From contig NW_027271048.1 of assembly GCF_040938485.1 (NCBI RefSeq), forward strand, positions 992,001-1,056,000: a stretch of 64,000 nucleotides of DNA. The letters run 5' to 3'. The notes under the pieces are model-generated. The model was not told where the DNA came from. It searched no databases and worked only from the letters and a program-made list of their open reading frames with translations. Of the stretch, positions 61,501-64,000 are shown one piece after another (within the stretch, counting starts at the first letter, position 1; each line of letters opens with the position of its first letter). This stretch comes from Diadema antillarum. Its lineage: Eukaryota. A program made the translations under genes and the position numbers.

Positions 61501-63226
61501 ATGATGTCACAATTGCATACTTTAGTAATGCCGACTGAGTCATGCAGTGACATGCACATATTTTTGGTTTTGGATTTTTTTTATGCGCATTCACAAGGCG
61601 CAGCTTATCCTCAAAGGTAGCTTATCCACAATTAAGGATAACCATCTGAACATACTTGTAACTACATGTAATGTCTTCAAAACTCTGCTGCAAGATCACT
61701 GACCAAAACAAGGAATACTGTTCAAATCACACCAGTGTTATATCCTTTCCATTGACTTCCCATTAAAAAAAAAATGAATTATCTTCACATTTGCTCTTTT
61801 TGTTCATCATGTATGCCACTCAACTACACCAAACTATCTCAGAATTCTTGGTATTGTTATCACACTCCAGGCAAGCTTCAATCATCCAGACAGTTCTTTT
61901 GTATTTAATACACATGTACCTAAAGTTAAGCATTCATGGAGAACTTGCTCATTTTCCCACATTGGACCAAATGTTTGGAATAATAGCCCTGTCACTGTTT
62001 GCCAATATACCCTCAGTGGAATCATTTAAAACATGTCTAAAAACATATCTGTTTGATATGCCATAGGAAAAATCCTGTCTTTTCTAAAACCACTGTGGGC
62101 ATCTCTTTCATGGATTGCTGTGCCACAGCAGTGTTCACTAGTATTGTTATTTATATCTAACTAACCTTAGTGCAATAAAATGCAAAGCCTATTCGTTAAA
62201 AAGTGCTACAACAAATGAGATAAGAGCATAACTATGCAAATGAAGGAGAACAAAAATGAAACCAAAACAAATAAATAGAAAAGGTGAAAGAAATATATTG
62301 TCTGATCCTAAACTAGTCCCAATAAATGTGTCATGCAATTGGATCTGAAAATTCCAGTTTGGCTATTCCTCATGTTTAATATGATAACATATATATCTTT
62401 TCTATTCCAAAGAGATATCCAGCACATGCAAGCAATTGACTGCTTCCCCAAAGTTCAATTGAGGCTGTAATGGACTGTGTACCATCACATATAGTCTGTG
62501 CATTTACAAACTTTTATCAATCACACTGCTGCATATTGTAGTCTTTGTAACCTCGTTAGTTTGCGGCTGGCGTAACTGTATAAAATTTGTCTCACAAAAA
62601 CTGCTCCAGCAAAGATGAAACTTTGAAAGTATAAATGACTACATTGTATATATTCAAATGTCGGCAGATAGCACATAAGTTGCAAAATATTTGATTTCAA
62701 AATGAATGATATGTGGGCTGATACTAATGTGATTTATTTGCCCAGCTACTATTAAAAAAAAGAAAATCAAAGTATTCATGTACCAGTACCTACTAATACA
62801 TTAACCTTGCTATAAATTTTCTATCAATTACCTGTTATTAGCCCATTATTCCATCAATTCAGTCATAAAATCACTTAGCCATTCAATAGATCAATCAATC
62901 AAGCAACTAATCTAAAAACCATGCTTCCTTTCTTCCTTCCCTATTTCCTTCCTTCGTTCATTCATTGCTCACTTAAAAATTACCTACCGATACTCCTGCA
63001 AGTTTCGGTGGCTCTTTGGCGTCGGAAGTCTGCACAGAGCATTCTGGGATAGGTTGAGCCGCCGCAGGTTGGGCATCCCCCAGAGCAGCCCCTCGGGGAC
63101 AGAGAAGAGGGAATTCTGGGATAGGTTGATGGTCGACAGGACCTGGTGAGAGGAATCCTGGAAGTCCCTCAGCCACGCAGGGTCAAAGGTGTTCAGCTGT
63201 TTGTGGTGCCAATTTGCAACGAGCTC
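39306..63226 (-). CDS. LRRK1: Leucine-rich repeat serine/threonine kinase, LRRK1-type ROCO protein (LRR-ROC-COR-kinase-WD40); 5' exons lie beyond the window
   Basis: complement join of 18 exons (62988-63226,61153-61292,60630-60796,59661-59953,58246-58581,56508-56724,54491-54649,53066-53248,51212-51487,50625-50790,49936-50206,47536-47766,46734-46969,44674-45674,43904-44239,42461-42631,41386-41496,39306-40586) = 5814 nt, all GT-AG, phases match. ROC: GPAKSGKT, WDMKGG..VQQCFFTSKTLYLLVWN, GTHSD. Kinase: GQGGFGEV, VAAK, IIYCDLKTDNIL, KLTDYGISR. The (F/Y)CDLK, DYGISR and QCFFT motifs are LRRK1-like rather than LRRK2-like, as recalled. Confidence 0.9.
40856..41022. mobile_element. PIF/Harbinger-like MITE
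   Basis: CTG|GGGGGCGTTTCATGAAGGAACTTGTCGGA...TCCGACAAGTTCCTTCATGAAATGCCCCC|CTG; 3-bp CTG TSD; central AGCCAATCA. Confidence 0.75.
41095..41324. mobile_element. Truncated family A Kolobok-like element
   Basis: Right half only: ...TTCTACTGATATTGCTGCATTCACTCA...AAAGGTGAACTTGCCT; left boundary approximate. Confidence 0.6.
41386..41496 (-). CDS. LRRK1: LRRK1 exon (WD40); not in supplied ORF track
   Basis: GDFVQLYHLPRSQSSYPSLLQECKVSAQPTSLLYLQQ; CAG / GTGGGT, phase 0/0. Confidence 0.78.
42461..42631 (-). CDS. LRRK1: LRRK1 exon (WD40 start); not in supplied ORF track
   Basis: ENVIHLIAETGQGTSLRSFYVNEDG...CPIITTATSTPCGTNLIVGTM; TAG / GTGAGA, phase 0/0. Confidence 0.8.
42924..43016. repeat. (TTGAT)n pentanucleotide microsatellite, probably a LINE tail on the - strand
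   Basis: About 18 perfect units, followed by A-rich sequence resembling a reversed LINE 3' UTR. Confidence 0.9.
43904..44239 (-). CDS. LRRK1: LRRK1 exon (kinase C-lobe)
   Basis: VDWFSYGMFLYHLLTG...LMEACWQDHPGKRP; TAG / GTAAAT. Confidence 0.92.
44288..44372. mobile_element. 85-bp TTAA-associated mini element with internal palindrome
   Basis: TTAA|CCCATTGAGGAGGAGTCCCGAGTATACTCGGGCAGGGGTC...GTGGG; inverted copy at 59517-59601. Confidence 0.6.
44674..45674 (-). CDS. LRRK1: LRRK1 exon (COR end and kinase subdomains I-VIII)
   Basis: VPCPVC...GQGGFGEVFKA..VAAK..LRSEVAIMSRLNHPCIV..YCDLKTDN..DYGISR..GPPGFCAPE; CAG / GTACTA. Confidence 0.93.
46734..46969 (-). CDS. LRRK1: LRRK1 exon (COR-B)
   Basis: VLSYWREG...MGCVVDHIEGLIKDWYPG; AAG / GTAGGA. 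Confidence 0.9.
47536..47766 (-). CDS. LRRK1: LRRK1 exon (COR-B)
   Basis: FLVPSRLP...LRRVYKMPYLPPGFWIRLVSRLM; AAG / GTGAGA. Confidence 0.9.
49289..49913. mobile_element. Unclassified TIR element
   Basis: ACAACAAAAGGATCCAAAAGTCG / CGACTTTCAGATCCTTTTGTTGT inverted termini; no clear TSD. Confidence 0.55.
49936..50206 (-). CDS. LRRK1: LRRK1 exon (COR-A)
   Basis: AVDFLHEIGCIVHF..LSDLYFIDPVWLAGTL...LLARFEIVVPI; AAG / GTGAGT. Confidence 0.9.
50308..50600. mobile_element. Truncated relative of family B Kolobok-like elements
   Basis: TTAA|AGGGACTGTACAGTTCTGGTTGAGG; shares AAAGAGCATGCAATT and GGTTTTGAAATGG blocks; right end missing. Confidence 0.6.
50625..50790 (-). CDS. LRRK1: LRRK1 exon (COR-A)
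   Basis: VPLSYFNLKKRI...DSPEDLQG; CAG / GTGGGG. Confidence 0.87.
51212..51487 (-). CDS. LRRK1: LRRK1 exon (ROC G4/G5)
   Basis: SRASDFGIIIIGTHSD...GMTELRRIIFETA...EPLIGRK; CAG / GTGAGA. Confidence 0.9.
52038..52375 (+). mobile_element. tRNA-derived SINE, possibly DeuSINE-like
   Basis: Degenerate tRNA-like head (TGGCTCGGTCAGTAACGC..), conserved-looking core CCCTTGGACAGGACATAAAATGGAGATCCCGTGTG..AGAGCAGGGTG..AACCC, AAAC tail; family assignment from memory. Confidence 0.5.
53066..53248 (-). CDS. LRRK1: LRRK1 exon (ROC G3)
   Basis: DKEVVERPSITFFAWDMKGGDLYENVQQCFFTSKTLYLLVWN...LLNIS; CAG / GTAAGT. Confidence 0.9.
54491..54649 (-). CDS. LRRK1: LRRK1 exon (ROC P-loop)
   Basis: KSGKTTLLNSLMK...GIHVTEWEL...KNFLK; CAG / GTTTGT. 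Confidence 0.88.
54768..54903. mobile_element. PIF/Harbinger-like MITE
   Basis: CAG|GGGGGCGTTTCATC...TTTCATGAAACGGTCCC|CTG; central AGCCAATCAGA; homologous to 22950-23091. Confidence 0.65.
54892..54965. repeat. Short array of palindromic GGTCCC(C)TGGGGAC units
   Basis: GAAACGGTCCCC-T-GGGGACCGTTTC, then CTGGTCCC-TG-GGGACCAG, then two more GTCCCTGGGGACA units. Confidence 0.85.
55670..55880. repeat. Degenerate (TCTA/TCCA)n tract
   Basis: Direct reading; boundaries approximate. Confidence 0.8.
55935..56491. mobile_element. Kolobok-like non-autonomous element, family A (opposite orientation to the 4644 copy)
   Basis: TTAA|AGGACAAGTTCACC...GGTGGACTTGTCCT|TTAA; internal sequence homologous to 4644-5168. 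Confidence 0.8.
56508..56724 (-). CDS. LRRK1: LRRK1 exon (last LRR and ROC start)
   Basis: NPDLHRLPEAL...QPYHSMKLTIMGPA; CAG / GTGAGT. Confidence 0.9.
58246..58581 (-). CDS. LRRK1: LRRK1 exon (LRR insertion and LRR)
   Basis: PNRSPVKKKRG...LYVLKLSHNELEDVPPSICKMETLYDLDLS; CAG / GTAAAA. Confidence 0.88.
58723..58941. mobile_element. TA-TSD MITE with CTGTA..ACAG ends
   Basis: TA|CTGTAAATAC..TTTTCGTGG...CCCACGAAAAT..TTCACAG. Confidence 0.55.
59517..59601. mobile_element. 85-bp mini element, inverted copy of 44288-44372
   Basis: ...GACCCCTGCCCGAGTATACTCGGGACTCATCCTCAACAGG|TTAA. Confidence 0.6.
59661..59953 (-). CDS. LRRK1: LRRK1 exon (LRR)
   Basis: EVLNISKNKVQ..LRFLNLSNNRL..LSELDLSRNFL..LQHLNLSYNQL; CAG / GTGAGT. 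Confidence 0.9.
60630..60796 (-). CDS. LRRK1: LRRK1 exon (LRR)
   Basis: WRCISLGNLDLSQNSLSRLP...LNLSDNKFEEVPHPWACPL; AAG / GTAAGC. Confidence 0.88.
61153..61292 (-). CDS. LRRK1: LRRK1 exon (LRR)
   Basis: LASLSLYQNQLDSVPVEVFMLPALEFLSLARNCIT; CAG / GTGAGT. Confidence 0.88.
61790..62066 (+). mobile_element. L2/CR1-type LINE ORF2 3' fragment (frameshifted)
   Basis: HVPKVKHSWRTCSFSHIGPNVWNNSP then, after a frameshift, SVESFKTCLKTYLF*; this is the typical L2/CR1 ORF2 C-terminal motif. Confidence 0.7.
62988..63226 (-). CDS. LRRK1: LRRK1 exon (LRR)
   Basis: ELVANWHHKQ...INLSQNSLFSVPEG..LRRLNLSQNALCRLP; CAG / GTAGGT. Confidence 0.88.
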
Positions 63227-63271
63227 CTGTAAATAAAAAAATGAAGTCCTAGTGGTCATTATATCATTTAA

Positions 63272-63653
63272 AGGGATCGTACAGTTCTGGTTGAGACCTA
63301 ATTTCAGGTTTCTAACAGTTTTAGGTGAGATAATGAGAAATCTCATATGAAATATGAAAGAGCATGCAATTTCATGAGGAATTCAACATTTATTTGATAA
63401 AAATTGGTTTTGAAATGGCTGAGATGTCCAAAAAAGAACGATTCTAATAAAGTGTGGGACCCACACTTTGTAACGATCGCCTTGTTTTACTTTGTTTTTG
63501 GATGTTTCAGTTATTCCAAACCCGATTTTCATCAAATAAACTTTGAATTCCTCTTAAAATGGTATGCTCTGTGCTATATCATAAGTGTTTTCTTGGTATC
63601 TTGCAAAAATTCGAAAGCCTATTTCTCATCTCAACCAAAACTGTACTATCCCT
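63272..63653. mobile_element. Kolobok-like non-autonomous element, family B
   Basis: TTAA|AGGGATCGTACAG...CTGTACTATCCCT|TTAA. Confidence 0.8.
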
Positions 63654-63657
63654 TTAA

Positions 63658-63729
63658 TCTGTTCCGTACAGGAACCTGGTGGCATGTATATTACGTCTAT
63701 GGGCATTTTAGAATCCAGTATGGAATGGG
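63658..63729. mobile_element. 72-bp TTAA-flanked mini element (piggyBac-like MITE)
   Basis: TTAA|TCTGTTCCGTAC...GTATGGAATGGG|TTAA; homologous to 38351-38422. Confidence 0.65.
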
Positions 63730-63733
63730 TTAA

Positions 63734-64000
63734 AGAGACAGTGCATTTTGGAGCAGTGATTTTAAAAATTTTTGAGTTATCACATTTAATGCATATGTGG
63801 AGGTCAGTTGTATCACAAAACATCCTATCATATGAAAATGTTGCAATAAAATCTAAAAATAGGTAGATATCACTGTTTTTCTCATTAAATCATAACTGTA
63901 GACGGTTTAGTCTGGAAACAATGTTATTATATCTATTGTTCACATTTTGTATATTCAACAGTACTTATCATCGATTATACGGATTCAAATTTTTACAGTG
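63734..64000. mobile_element. Probable further Kolobok-like element starting at TTAA; right end not identified in window
   Basis: TTAA|AGAGACAGTGCA start directly after the 72-bp element; only one end visible. Confidence 0.4.

Overview
Eukaryotic, intron-rich, AT-rich genomic DNA. The repeat families and gene content suggest a marine invertebrate deuterostome, probably an echinoderm (inference). Three protein-coding genes can be assembled exon by exon with consistent splice phases. (1) The 3' part of DIS3L (exosome-associated RNB/S1 exoribonuclease), + strand, 8 exons, 1436-9194. (2) A complete 10-coding-exon, ~557-aa gene on the + strand (18555-30133) encoding LOTUS(OST-HTH)-RRM-RRM plus a low-complexity tail with an RG box. 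I found no Tudor or NYN domain, and the model needs one GC-AG intron. This is the most unusual gene in the window. (3) The 3' 18 exons (~1937 aa) of an LRRK1-type ROCO kinase (LRR-ROC-COR-kinase-WD40), - strand, 63226-39306, convergent with gene 2. Its kinase P+1 loop reads GPPG instead of the usual GTPG. Introns and intergenic DNA are packed with non-autonomous elements: Kolobok-like and piggyBac-like TTAA elements (including 72- and 85-bp minis and a three-element stack sharing TTAA sites), Harbinger-like, Tc1/pogo-like and hAT-like MITEs, Helentron-associated HINEs, foldback elements, tRNA-derived repeats, LINE 3' ends and microsatellites. There are two N gaps. No CRISPR array, rRNA or clearly functional tRNA was found. 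All family assignments come from recalled motifs, not database searches.
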